From an uncultured Candidatus Saccharibacteria bacterium (GTDB lineage: Bacteria; Patescibacteriota; Minisyncoccia; Phycocordibacterales; DSPV01), in assembly GCA_964616075.1 (NCBI GenBank), contig CAZTRA010000001.1:49599-113598 (forward strand): DNA of 64,000 nucleotides, in the 5' to 3' direction. The notes beneath the pieces are model-generated. The model saw only the letters and a list, made by a program, of their open reading frames with translations, had not been told where the DNA came from and did not search any database. Every line of letters begins with the position of its first letter. Within the stretch, counting starts at the first letter, position 1. The position numbers were made by a program, and so were the translations under genes. Shown piece after piece: positions 40,423-50,086 of the stretch.

Positions 40423-41088
40423 TTAGTACAGAAGAATACGGTCTATAGTAATCGGCTGCACGGGAATATCTCTTGATTTTGTTTTTGATACAGCAATCGC
40501 CATGACGACATCCATACCGCCAATCACCGTACCAAACGCAGTGTGTTTTCCTTGTAGCCACGGAGTAGACTCTGCTGTAATAACAAAAAACTGACTGCCA
40601 TTTGTATCGGGACCACGATTTGCCATTGCTAACACACCCTTTACTAACGGCAGTGAGCTAATTTCATCATCAAACACATATCCAGGACCACCCGTTCCGT
40701 ACACCAACTCATCATCACCCTTAGTCAACGGATCTCCTCCTTGAATCATGAAGTCTTTAATAACCCGATGAAACTTTGTTCCGTCATAAAAACCATTTTC
40801 AACTAACGTAACAAAATTTCGTATAGTGGTTGTTGCGTGTCCCGAAAGAAAGGAAACCGTAAAAGTACCTTTGCTTGTTACAAACTTCGCATTGTTATAT
40901 TGCCTCACTACTGCTTGCATAGAAAAAAAATGTTCTTCATAACTCTCAGCAATAAGTAATGCTTTATTTGCCATATAAAATACAAGAGCAGAAAAAACGG
41001 TCAACCCTAACAAAATAAGGGCTGATACATTCCGATCAAAACGCCGATTTAATACAGCGTAAATACTTTGATTACTTACCATAGACAC
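40423..41088 (-). CDS. membrane-anchored cyclophilin-type peptidyl-prolyl cis-trans isomerase
   Basis: [18 protein letters not shown] ... GTGG cyclophilin signature; N-terminal TM. Confidence 0.85.
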   Translation of the reverse strand: MSMVSNQSIYAVLNRRFDRNVSALILLGLTVFSALVFYMANKALLIAESYEEHFFSMQAVVRQYNNAKFVTSKGTFTVSFLSGHATTTIRNFVTLVENGFYDGTKFHRVIKDFMIQGGDPLTKGDDELVYGTGGPGYVFDDEISSLPLVKGVLAMANRGPDTNGSQFFVITAESTPWLQGKHTAFGTVIGGMDVVMAIAVSKTKSRDIPVQPITIDRILLY

Positions 41089-41328
41089 TATGCACGAACG
41101 CCGAATGAACTATCAAAATCCTCATACTGAATAACAAGTAAATCATTATTAAATTTCGTGTAGAGACCCGCAACCGCAATAGTTAACGCGAGCAAAAAAA
41201 GCGCAGACTCATTTGTGCCGAAGCGATACAAAAACAGTCTTTTAAAATTTTTATCTTTCATACCTCAATCGTATAAAACTAGTAAAAACTACATTGGTAG
41301 TATACCCCACATCATAACTGGTTTACGA

Positions 41329-41706
41329 TCATTTTCTCCACAAGCCTTTAACCATTGCTTTTACCACGGCCGCCCCACGCCGAGCCAACGCAATACGCTT
41401 GCCCTTATGACGAGCAAGTTCATTCACTAGTTGATCTTTAGCATCATCAATGGCTGCATGTAAATCCTCTTGTTCCGAAACCGAACGAAAATGTTTCCCT
41501 TCAATATGCACGTTCAATTCAGCTCGGAACACAAAACCACTACGATGATGCTCGGTTGTACGACCAACCTCCACGTCAATAAGGACTGCATCAGGTTCTG
41601 CAAATATAAACTTTTCAATACTATCTAATCGACGACGCAAATATTCAGCAGATTCGGCAGGAAGCGTCATGTCAGTCACTTTTATATTAGTTCTCATACG
41701 CTTCAT
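41329..41706 (-). CDS. hpf: ribosome hibernation promoting factor (HPF/RaiA family)
   Basis: IKVTDMTLP..SAEYLRRRLDSIEKF and the later beta-alpha pattern typical of sigma54-modulation/HPF proteins. Confidence 0.7.
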   Translation of the reverse strand: MKRMRTNIKVTDMTLPAESAEYLRRRLDSIEKFIFAEPDAVLIDVEVGRTTEHHRSGFVFRAELNVHIEGKHFRSVSEQEDLHAAIDDAKDQLVNELARHKGKRIALARRGAAVVKAMVKGLWRK

Positions 41707-41765
41707 TATAACGCCAACAAAAATATAATACGAGCAAAAACAATTCTTACATACGCATATACATG

Positions 41766-43040
41766 TCACCGTATACGGGCAATATCACGCGGAAAAAAAA
41801 GATTAATAGTCCACTCTGTAGCAACACGAAAACGCTTTCTCCAGGAAGGAAAATTAAACAAATACACTGTTCGCCAAAACCACCACGCACTTTTACCGTA
41901 AAAACGAATACCAAGTACATCCGCAGCAGCATTCCATTGACCTAATGAAAGTAACAATCCTTTAATTCGATACGAGAATGTCGGCAAAGTTTTACCAAAA
42001 TATATTGCCTCTATTGATGAAGCGACTACTTTTGCCTGACGTACTGCAACTTGTGCAAGACTAGGCAGCGGACGATCGTCATGCTGCCCTCCATAAGAAG
42101 CGGCAACGTCACCAATAGCGAAGATACGCTCAACACCTTGTACCCGTAAAGACTGGTCAACCCTAATACGACCATCTTTACTTTTTTGTATAGCACCAAG
42201 AATAGGAGGCAGTGCTGGTATGACTCCAGCACTCCATACAACAAGTGACGCCGGGAGCATATGTGTATCATCTAAAACTACCATATGGTCTTTTATAGAA
42301 GACACTGGTAATCCAAGCATGAGACGAATTCCTTTTTTCCGTAACACGTCCACAACATATTCACGCACAGTTGGATGAAACTGCGATACAACATCGACAC
42401 TACTACCCACAAGTGTTATTGAGACATCATCACTCTGTATACCCGCATCTTTAAAATAGGCACATAAGGCAATACGAGTAAAGTCAGCAATCTCTGCAAC
42501 CGTTTCAACACCAGTCGGGCCCGCGCCAACAACAACAAATGAAAGTGCTTTCTTTCGCTCATGTCGAGTCGGTAGAGCAACAGCTTTTTCAAATTGTTCG
42601 ATGAGCGCATTACGAATCGTGCGTGCATCGGCAAGACTTTTTAACATATGTACCCATGTCGCTGCATGAGCAACAAAAGAAGGTACGTACGTGCTCGCGC
42701 CTGTAGCTACGACGACATAATCGTACGAATACGTTCCACGTTCTCCGTATACCACACGATCATTTACACCAATCCGCACTACTTGATCCTCAACCACAGA
42801 TACTCCAGTGCCACGCAAAACTTCTCTCAATGGCTCAACAACACTCTCGGGAGATAAGCCGCCTGTCGCAACTTCATGTAAAAGTGGTGTAAACAAAAAA
42901 TGATTTTCTCTGCTAATGAGCGTAACAGTAACAAAGCCTCTCCGAATTAACGGCACGAGATACTTTGCTGTATATACACCACCAAACCCACCACCAACAA
43001 TAACAATACGAAGAGGTATCTTTGTATTACGTGTTCTCAC
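41766..43040 (-). CDS. ndh: type II NADH dehydrogenase (NDH-2)
   Basis: two dinucleotide-binding motifs (IVIVGGGFGGVYTA; FVVVGAGPTGVE). Confidence 0.8.
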   Translation of the reverse strand: MRTRNTKIPLRIVIVGGGFGGVYTAKYLVPLIRRGFVTVTLISRENHFLFTPLLHEVATGGLSPESVVEPLREVLRGTGVSVVEDQVVRIGVNDRVVYGERGTYSYDYVVVATGASTYVPSFVAHAATWVHMLKSLADARTIRNALIEQFEKAVALPTRHERKKALSFVVVGAGPTGVETVAEIADFTRIALCAYFKDAGIQSDDVSITLVGSSVDVVSQFHPTVREYVVDVLRKKGIRLMLGLPVSSIKDHMVVLDDTHMLPASLVVWSAGVIPALPPILGAIQKSKDGRIRVDQSLRVQGVERIFAIGDVAASYGGQHDDRPLPSLAQVAVRQAKVVASSIEAIYFGKTLPTFSYRIKGLLLSLGQWNAAADVLGIRFYGKSAWWFWRTVYLFNFPSWRKRFRVATEWTINLFFPRDIARIR

Positions 43041-43148
43041 GCCATATACTTTACTATATAAAACAATTAGATACTACAAGCACAAAAATCCATTCGCGTA
43101 ATAATTCTATAAGACGTAAACCCACTATCCCTTACAACACATCGCACA

Positions 43149-44525
43149 TCAACGACGAGCAGGATCAAACAATGACGATGGTACGACCTCGCCTTTCAAA
43201 TACTGCGAAATACGTAACGCTCCAAAAATTGAGGGCAGTATCCCTACCCCGTTACATCCAAGATTGTACAAGAGTGCTGAATTGAGCGGTTCAGGTCCGA
43301 TGCGACGTATACCATCCGACGTGTACCCCATAAGTCCGTGCCACGAAAAAATATGATCGGCACCCTCACGTGGATATGTACGATAGTTATCCTGTAAAAA
43401 TCGTGTAATCGCGATACGCGTGTCTTCTGCATAGACTGCATCCTGAGAATAATCAGCACCGTTTGGAAGCACACGCTCAGGACCACCCACACATGTCAGA
43501 TTGTAAGAATTGTTTCCTTCATGCTCGTGCGGTCGACGAGTCAAATAAAAATAACTTTCACCAGTCGGGTCATTATTTTCATTATGTGCCTTTGGAAGAT
43601 AACTAATAGCAGTTGGCGGGCGGTTCAACGGCTCAACATAACCAGACATATACCCAATACGTCCTGCGACTGACTGATGGAATGAAGTATCAATATCGGG
43701 TCCACCTTCATGCATAATCGAAAAGTGTTCAAACCCGTTTGTACACAACACAACTTTTGCCGCGCATACTTCATGACTAAGCACCTCAAGTACTGCCCCA
43801 TCTTTACACAAACGCACCGTCTTCATCGGACTTTCCTCAAAGAAAGAAAACCGATCAGCATACGTTGTAATTAAATACCCAATAAGTTCCTCTGAAAAAA
43901 GAGCACTATTCATACACCCCTTTTGAGAAGCAAGTGCTCCAACATAATCTACATTGTGTGTTTCAAGCAACGACAGAATATCTCGTTGTGGCGCAACCGT
44001 GTAAAGGGATGCATACCCATCAGGAATACTTTTGAGACCATCCCACTCTTCTGCAAGCACAATTGATTCAGGAAGAAGTCCCCCAGCAACACGATATCGG
44101 TTGTCCTCCAAGTGTTGCAACACATGTTCCATGCGAGAAAGACCAGCATAACCAGTAAACCGATACAAAGGTGTCTGCAAGTGAGCCTCTGCCACAATCT
44201 GATCAATCAATGACCATGCTGACTCAACCGATCGTTGTGCATCAATCGCGCGCTCCAAACCATACGTCGCAACAAGATCAGATAATGATCGCTCAAAATA
44301 ACTTGCAATCTGTCCAGCATTGTGACCAGTCGCCCCATGTGCAATTTTACCCGCTTCAATAAGTACAACCTTTTTATCAGTGTGCCGCAAAGTGAAAAAA
44401 GCAGTAGTCACGCCCGCAATGCCACCACCTACAATAGCGACGTCAGTAGTAACATCAGTAGCAAGTGGCACAACTGGCCGCGTTCTTTTAAGTTGTTTAA
44501 TCCAAGGGGAATTATTAGGAATCAT
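43149..44525 (-). CDS. FAD-dependent oxidoreductase (DAO-like)
   Basis: VAIVGGGIAGVTTAF GxGxxG at N-terminus. Confidence 0.65.
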   Translation of the reverse strand: MIPNNSPWIKQLKRTRPVVPLATDVTTDVAIVGGGIAGVTTAFFTLRHTDKKVVLIEAGKIAHGATGHNAGQIASYFERSLSDLVATYGLERAIDAQRSVESAWSLIDQIVAEAHLQTPLYRFTGYAGLSRMEHVLQHLEDNRYRVAGGLLPESIVLAEEWDGLKSIPDGYASLYTVAPQRDILSLLETHNVDYVGALASQKGCMNSALFSEELIGYLITTYADRFSFFEESPMKTVRLCKDGAVLEVLSHEVCAAKVVLCTNGFEHFSIMHEGGPDIDTSFHQSVAGRIGYMSGYVEPLNRPPTAISYLPKAHNENNDPTGESYFYLTRRPHEHEGNNSYNLTCVGGPERVLPNGADYSQDAVYAEDTRIAITRFLQDNYRTYPREGADHIFSWHGLMGYTSDGIRRIGPEPLNSALLYNLGCNGVGILPSIFGALRISQYLKGEVVPSSLFDPARR

Positions 44526-44616
44526 AGCTCATAAATATATTACTTCTCTAAATTGTACACGGTTCCTTTTATAGATAAAAGAAAACCACCTGAGGTCTCA
44601 CGCCCCAGGTGATATA

Positions 44617-44856
44617 TTAACGATTCTCAACAACAATGATAGTGCCACGGGGCCCGGGTACCATAACCCGTCCCAAAAATAACCCCGACAAGCGCAACCC
44701 GAGTATAATTGCTTTGTCACCATGAAATCCGTGATAACTCAAACTCCCTCTGATACCAGCTTCGGAGTAACATGTTTGAAGGATACGTTGGATTATATCG
44801 CGTGCTTCATCCTCACTCAGATCCAGAAAACGCTTAGGCAAGTTCCTACTATTCAT
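44617..44856 (-). CDS. hypothetical small protein (start at MNSRNLP with RBS aggat)
   Basis: consensus promoter immediately upstream (44891-44919). Confidence 0.4.
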   Translation of the reverse strand: MNSRNLPKRFLDLSEDEARDIIQRILQTCYSEAGIRGSLSYHGFHGDKAIILGLRLSGLFLGRVMVPGPRGTIIVVENR

Positions 44857-44890
44857 TATGATCCTTTCGTTATAATGAAAAACTATGTGA

Positions 44891-44919
44891 AGTATAGCAT
44901 ATAAATCAATATGTGTCAA
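44891..44919 (-). promoter_or_regulatory. sigma70-like promoter TTGACA-17-TATACT
   Basis: read directly on minus strand: ttgaca catattgatttatatgc tatact. Confidence 0.5.
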
Positions 44920-44941
44920 TTAGCATGAGACAGCTCATTTA

Positions 44942-44972
44942 TTGACAACATAACTATGTCATTATTATAAGG
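44942..44972 (+). promoter_or_regulatory. divergent sigma70-like promoter TTGACA-17-TTATAA with no obvious downstream ORF
   Basis: read directly; points antisense into the 3' end of 45066..45746. Confidence 0.3.
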
Positions 44973-45010
44973 TACCAAACTTTTACTCCACATATTCATC
45001 TGCTGCCACT

Positions 45011-45043
45011 TTTTATTAAAAAACCTCGTACCAGAGTACGAGG
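45011..45043 (-). terminator. rho-independent terminator for 45066..45746
   Basis: cctcgtac caga gtacgagg with an A-run on plus. Confidence 0.55.
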
Positions 45044-45065
45044 TGTGTAATAGAGGCACTTTGAC

Positions 45066-45746
45066 TTACATTACTGCGTAATAGAAGTCTTGTTGCCCAA
45101 GGGAGTCGGTCCAAATCACGTCTGGTTTATACCGTTCACCATCATGGTACATACCACGGACAACATCTCCGCCAGTGTTGTGTTTAAAGACGGTACCCTC
45201 GAAAAAAATATGAGGGGTATGACCCTCCATACGTTTCCATGAATCAGGGATGAGGTACGGATGAGCCAGCAGGTAGTCCAAAACCTGGGCCGGAAGAGGA
45301 CTGCTCGACTTCTTCTTATCTGTCGTCGGCACGCACCTGACAAGCCTACTGTTGATATATAGACCATCACCCTCGCGGTATATTATGCTCGAATGAGAGG
45401 AATACATACGAGAACTTTGAATAGCCCACCCTTCTGGCAAAAATGGATCTACCCCAAGATTGATATTGAACCGAACAGGCTCAATACGTCCGTATCCCCG
45501 CAACAAGCCCTTAAATTCCTTCAACCTGTCAACCGAAATCCCTGCTACCTCTGCCGAGCTAAAACCAGCATCAAAGAATGCATCAGCAAGATTTTCCGCT
45601 AATTGAAAAGCGAAGCTGCACTTGAAGCGGACTCGGTTAATATCCATGTCGGATGCTTGTGCTGTTGGTACGTCTTGTCTGTCCCCTTGTGCCTCTATAT
45701 TGCTCGGTATTTCATTGCTCGGTATTTCCAATGTATCAGTATTCAT
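45066..45746 (-). CDS. hypothetical protein (contains a 15-bp tandem duplication encoding EIPSN-EIPSN)
   Basis: ORF; no family recognised. Confidence 0.5.
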   Translation of the reverse strand: MNTDTLEIPSNEIPSNIEAQGDRQDVPTAQASDMDINRVRFKCSFAFQLAENLADAFFDAGFSSAEVAGISVDRLKEFKGLLRGYGRIEPVRFNINLGVDPFLPEGWAIQSSRMYSSHSSIIYREGDGLYINSRLVRCVPTTDKKKSSSPLPAQVLDYLLAHPYLIPDSWKRMEGHTPHIFFEGTVFKHNTGGDVVRGMYHDGERYKPDVIWTDSLGQQDFYYAVM

Positions 45747-46034
45747 AACATTATTCTCCTTCTGTCTATTGATTGTGGATTCTTTCTTACACGAGTTGTG
45801 TACCGTTGGGCTCTAGTTTTGCCACAACAGAAAATTGTCTCGCAAGTAAACCGCTTTCTGCTGTGGCAAATGCACCTCAACATATCAAAGAACGTACAAA
45901 AACATATTACTATTCTAATACCGTTATGTCAATAGACAATCTACACCTCAGTATGGTCTTCTATTTCAAATTAAAAACCAATCAAGTTCTTTGTATAACT
46001 CTCCAACCTCTACCCCGCCCTCGTGAAAAAAACG

Positions 46035-46190
46035 AACCAGTTTCAATTTGAATTGTTCAGAAGAGCTACTATTTTAAGGCATGAAACTACTTCCACCGAA
46101 CTCACATTCAGCCGTCAGGACAAACCCTGCGGACTTACCAAAAACTTCTTTACACTCAATCGCTTTAGGTGCTTTCTAGCCACCCAGAAA
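46035..46190 (-). pseudogene. decayed fragment paralogous to the PhnB/VOC-family gene at 47544..48050
   Basis: about 150 nt of clear nucleotide similarity to 47770-47940; frame disrupted by stops. Confidence 0.45.
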
Positions 46191-46284
46191 CTCTCACAGA
46201 GAAATTTTTTTTAATTATTATTAAATAATGTAAACATAAAAAACGCACGAACCGATGGATTCGTGCGTGTGTGAGACGACATGT

Positions 46285-46932
46285 TCAGTTGGTGAATGAA
46301 GATATCTTTGTTGAATCGTTTTTACTAAAGCAATCTACTACACATTCTACAATAGCAAAAACTAGTGGCAACAAGGAAATGAGCACGGCCGTAACAATAC
46401 CGGCAGTTATTCCTATGCCGACTGCGCCAAAGAGCAATTCTATATAGAACTCTGTAAAAAACAAAGCATGGCTGACACCAAAAATCGTGCTGACTACCGC
46501 CCCAATCGTCACTCCCATTACTGTTGCGCTCGTACTTTCAAACAATATTCCAATAATTGTGGCGACAGCTGTCCCACAAAGTATCCCATACATCGGAACA
46601 TCTATGTTGGTAATCATTCCGACAAGTATTCCCATAAACCCCCCAAAAATGACCCCGAAGAGTAACCCTGTTCTCGCTTCCTTTGGATCTTGACAAACCA
46701 CCCCCCACAAATACCTAGTGGTAAATGCGGTAATGGGACCCAAGACAATCCACCCCTCGCTGCCAATAAATGGCACAGTGAATGAAGTAAACATTTTACC
46801 CCATCGAACCTGATATCCTCCAGGTGTTAGAGGAGGCACAGATGCAAAAAGAGAAAAAATCCCATAACAGACAAGGCTAACGAAAAACACCACTACTGCC
46901 CAGTCCAATGCTGACCGTCTAACTGATCTCAT
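46285..46932 (-). CDS. hypothetical polytopic membrane protein (glycine-zipper-rich)
   Basis: about 6 TM segments; GxxxG repeats. Confidence 0.5.
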   Translation of the reverse strand: MRSVRRSALDWAVVVFFVSLVCYGIFSLFASVPPLTPGGYQVRWGKMFTSFTVPFIGSEGWIVLGPITAFTTRYLWGVVCQDPKEARTGLLFGVIFGGFMGILVGMITNIDVPMYGILCGTAVATIIGILFESTSATVMGVTIGAVVSTIFGVSHALFFTEFYIELLFGAVGIGITAGIVTAVLISLLPLVFAIVECVVDCFSKNDSTKISSFTN

Positions 46933-47183
46933 AGATATCCTTTCATGTATTGAGGTACTAGAAAACTATACTCTAACAAAAATGTAATCATAATATAAAT
47001 ATCGTGTCAATGGCTTAATCAGTACACTATCAATTCTTTGTTCCCCTACCAGAGAAAATGAGGACTGTTTTGCTACCGTATAAAAGTGATTTTCTACCCA
47101 AATCTCGCTTTCTTGGTCTGTGGAGTATGGTATGTCAAAATCAGAGGGGATTTTTTATAAATATATTATGCAGACCTACAAGC

Positions 47184-47525
47184 TCATGGTCTACGCCAGT
47201 GTCTACTCAAGAGGTAGTACACTGCTGAGGCGAGGATTGTCCAATAGCACACAAGATACATACCAATAAATGGTGGAGGTGGCTCTTCTTTCAAGATATC
47301 AACAGAGGGTAGTGCCAGAGGGCCCAATAAAATAATTTTTATTGGCAAAACAATAATCGCAACAGCACGTTTCCAAGCAACTGGTGAGTCAATACCAAGA
47401 AGCGAATCGGGTGCTTTAGGAAAACCTCGAAACCCCGTCGATCCCAAGAGTGAACTTGTGACAAACAGAAACGCAAAACCATACGCAATAAATAGTATGA
47501 CAAACTTGTTCCTTGAGATGTGCAT
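47184..47525 (-). CDS. hypothetical small membrane protein
   Basis: 3 TM segments. Confidence 0.4.
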   Translation of the reverse strand: MHISRNKFVILFIAYGFAFLFVTSSLLGSTGFRGFPKAPDSLLGIDSPVAWKRAVAIIVLPIKIILLGPLALPSVDILKEEPPPPFIGMYLVCYWTILASAVYYLLSRHWRRP

Positions 47526-47543
47526 CTTTCCTAGCGGTCCAGC

Positions 47544-48050
47544 CTATTGGCCGGCTTTTTTGATTTTTTCAAGATCAATTTTCTTCATTGGCATAAATGC
47601 CGTAGTGACTGCGTCTGCTTTTTGAGGATCTCGCATCATTTCATCCAGAATTCTTGGAACCACTTGCCACGTAACGCCAAATTTATCTTTGCACCATCCG
47701 CACTGTTCAGCTTCAGGCACCGCTGAAAGTTTCTCCCAGAAGAAATCAATTTCTTCTTGTGTTTCGCATTCAATGATAAACGAGGTAGACCCATTAAGTT
47801 TGAACTGCTCAAACGGGCCGCCGTTTAAAGCCATAAAGCTACTTCCATCGAGCTCACATTCAGCTGTCAGAACAGACCCCTCGGGCCTACCGGACACTTC
47901 TTTAAATTCAGGAGCTTTAGGCGCTCTCGTAATATCGCCAAGTGTCGCTTCATGATGACCAGGAGCTGATCTAAACGTATCTACATAATATCGTACTGCC
48001 TCTTCTCCATCATTATTAATAAACCAGATGCACGTAATTAATTTGCTCAT
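47544..48050 (-). CDS. PhnB-like / VOC (glyoxalase-fold) family protein
   Basis: MSKLITCIWFINNDGEEAV ... FGVTWQVVP pattern typical of the PhnB/3-demethylubiquinone methyltransferase-like DUF. Confidence 0.65.
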   Translation of the reverse strand: MSKLITCIWFINNDGEEAVRYYVDTFRSAPGHHEATLGDITRAPKAPEFKEVSGRPEGSVLTAECELDGSSFMALNGGPFEQFKLNGSTSFIIECETQEEIDFFWEKLSAVPEAEQCGWCKDKFGVTWQVVPRILDEMMRDPQKADAVTTAFMPMKKIDLEKIKKAGQ

Positions 48051-48188
48051 TCCTTTTATTATACAGCATTAACTGATACATAATCCGGTTAGATTCACTA
48101 CTATTTGGGAAATGCAAAAAACCTACTCGCTTTACAGCTTTCAGCCTTTCGAGATTTTTACAATTTTTCCAAACCTACTACTTCAGAA

Positions 48189-48836
48189 CTAATTTGTAAG
48201 TTTATTCCATATAAAATCAATATGAGGATTCTCTTTCCATAATTCTAAAATTTGATTTCTCAATTCTTGATGTTGAGGGTATCCAGTATCTTCAATACCT
48301 TCTGGTAATAAGTGATTACACTCTATATTAAGTAAAACAGTTAAAGCTTCTTTAATATCATTATATTTTTCTGGGCCAATTCTTTCTTGTTCATCTGCTC
48401 CAAACTTATACCAAGTATAGAAGTGCCACAATTCGTGCATGACTGTTTGCAATGCAGAGTTATTAGACAAGCAAACAAAAAATAAATTCTCTTTTAAGGA
48501 ATAAGGACATCTGTTATTGATTGTTAGATATACTGTAATATCTTCTAGTAGAGATACTCCAAAAACTTTCTCTGCAATATTTTGAAATTCATCCGAAATA
48601 TCTTCAAAATCTTTTTGATACTCTTTAATTCTTTTATTTATATCAATCTTGTTGTCTGCGATATATGTATCTATAAATTTAGAAGTAGACCTTTCATCAG
48701 GATTTTTTCCTGCAAAGTTAATTAGTTGTTCATATGCTTTTGTTGGATTGGGAGAGTTATTAGAGCTTTTACCTTTATTTAACAAACACCAAATATCCTC
48801 ATCTTTTTTGTAAGTAAAATTTAATTGCATATACAA
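48189..48836 (-). CDS. hypothetical HExxH-motif protein on a markedly AT-rich segment
   Basis: VMHELWHFY; GC visibly lower than neighbours. Confidence 0.45.
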   Translation of the reverse strand: MYMQLNFTYKKDEDIWCLLNKGKSSNNSPNPTKAYEQLINFAGKNPDERSTSKFIDTYIADNKIDINKRIKEYQKDFEDISDEFQNIAEKVFGVSLLEDITVYLTINNRCPYSLKENLFFVCLSNNSALQTVMHELWHFYTWYKFGADEQERIGPEKYNDIKEALTVLLNIECNHLLPEGIEDTGYPQHQELRNQILELWKENPHIDFIWNKLTN

Positions 48837-48961
48837 ATTTTATCAAGAAAAGAAAGATAAAAACACTTTACTTTGCCTTACTTTACATTGGCTCCGCTTG
48901 TTGGATACGTTCAAAACTATTAACTGGGTGCGAGTGCAGATGGAATTGAGTGGGTTGAGTT

Positions 48962-48998
48962 TTATATAAAAGAAAACCCGCCTTCAGACGACGGGTTT
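48962..48998 (-). terminator. rho-independent terminator for 49020..49439
   Basis: aaacccg ... cgggttt with a T-rich run on minus. Confidence 0.45.
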
Positions 48999-49019
48999 CG
49001 TGTCTGGAAGCGGGTCAAA

Positions 49020-49439
49020 CTAATTCTTGATGGCACCGACCACTACTTGAGTTGCCCTTCTGATGGCATTGTAGGTAGCGTTGCGTTTGGCGGCATTGAT
49101 AAGCGACATACCAACCTTTGCGGGCAGGTACATGTCATGCCTAACCAACGTGGCGAGCCAGTGGACGGGGCCAACTGAAGTTCCACCATAGGAACAGCCG
49201 TCACGTATAACCGGCGTGTACTTTCCTTGGTCGTCTATTTCATCTTCAAGAACAACAAACGGATATGCTTTGTTCATGTCCTCCGGGCTCAAACATTGTT
49301 TCCCCTTGAGCTCCAGAATGTTATTCACTGCCTCCACCACCTCCGTTGCCCTGTGCCAACCCCAGGTGCTTTCTCTCGGGTAATCCGGGATGTAGAACCT
49401 GTAGATTGGAGGCATTACCATCTTAGACTGATGCGTCAT
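49020..49439 (-). CDS. hypothetical protein
   Basis: ORF with own terminator. Confidence 0.5.
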   Translation of the reverse strand: MTHQSKMVMPPIYRFYIPDYPRESTWGWHRATEVVEAVNNILELKGKQCLSPEDMNKAYPFVVLEDEIDDQGKYTPVIRDGCSYGGTSVGPVHWLATLVRHDMYLPAKVGMSLINAAKRNATYNAIRRATQVVVGAIKN

Positions 49440-49516
49440 TTTCTCTCCTTACCGCCTACGTGGCGATTGTGTAGGAAGTCCTGTTGTGCATAATGACTTG
49501 GCCACAGTGGTTTCGT

Positions 49517-49565
49517 CATAGCAGAGAAAAGCCAAGGGTTGGCTCCTCTCTGCCATGACGAATAT
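49517..49565. other. compound hairpin (13-bp outer stem with 1 mismatch enclosing an inner 6-bp stem-loop)
   Basis: cgtcatagcagag aaa agccaa ggg ttggct cct ctctgccatgacg. Confidence 0.4.
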
Positions 49566-49627
49566 ATCAAGGTTCCAATCCGATATAATAATAACATACT
49601 ATAAGGTATGTTGTCAACTGCTAGCTC

Positions 49628-49695
49628 CGGTGGATTACTAAGGATGTTTATCACAAAAAGCATCACAAGAGTACCAAGACCAAATACAAACTACT
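49628..49695 (+). repeat. left copy of about 70-bp imperfect direct repeat bounding the island (lies in a recombinase-like 3' fragment ...WITKDVYHKKH...)
   Basis: cggtggattactaaggatgtttatCacaaaaagcatcaCaagagtaccaagac... matches 57660-57756. Confidence 0.7.
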
Positions 49696-49748
49696 GAAAA
49701 CAGAAAACCGCCATCTCACGACAGTGGGTAACTGTGTTGAGATGGTGG

Positions 49749-49898
49749 TCAAGGATGGGTTGTAAGTATGATCCCACAAACGCCTCCAATCAAGGCAATC
49801 AGACCGAGAACGGTGTTGGTAATAGGGGTTTTTGATTTCACTGACCCTCCTACCATACAAGCTCCGATCAATATGCAAGCTAAGGCGACATATTTCAT
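49749..49898 (-). CDS. candidate 49-aa small hydrophobic protein (MKYVALACILIGACMVGGSVKS...) at the island edge
   Basis: ORF found by reading the minus strand; no good SD; speculative. Confidence 0.2.
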   Translation of the reverse strand: MKYVALACILIGACMVGGSVKSKTPITNTVLGLIALIGGVCGIILTTHP

Positions 49899-50086
49899 TA
49901 GTATAATTTGGTGTATTGTTTTGGCACACCTGGGTTCCTCCTGAAACCACTAGCCGTGTAAAAGAACATGTTAACATACTAACACGCTATATATATTTAG
50001 TCAAATTTGCTCCACATCGTGAACGAAGTTATAACCTATTTTAAGACCACGGATCAATACCATTACATCCCGAGTTTTAACTAAAA

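Noticed and set aside
49663-49977. 104-aa minus-strand ORF at the island's left edge
   Set aside because: It overlaps the direct repeat and has no RBS. A shorter 49-aa hydrophobic ORF (49749..49898) in another frame is a marginally better candidate, itself low confidence.
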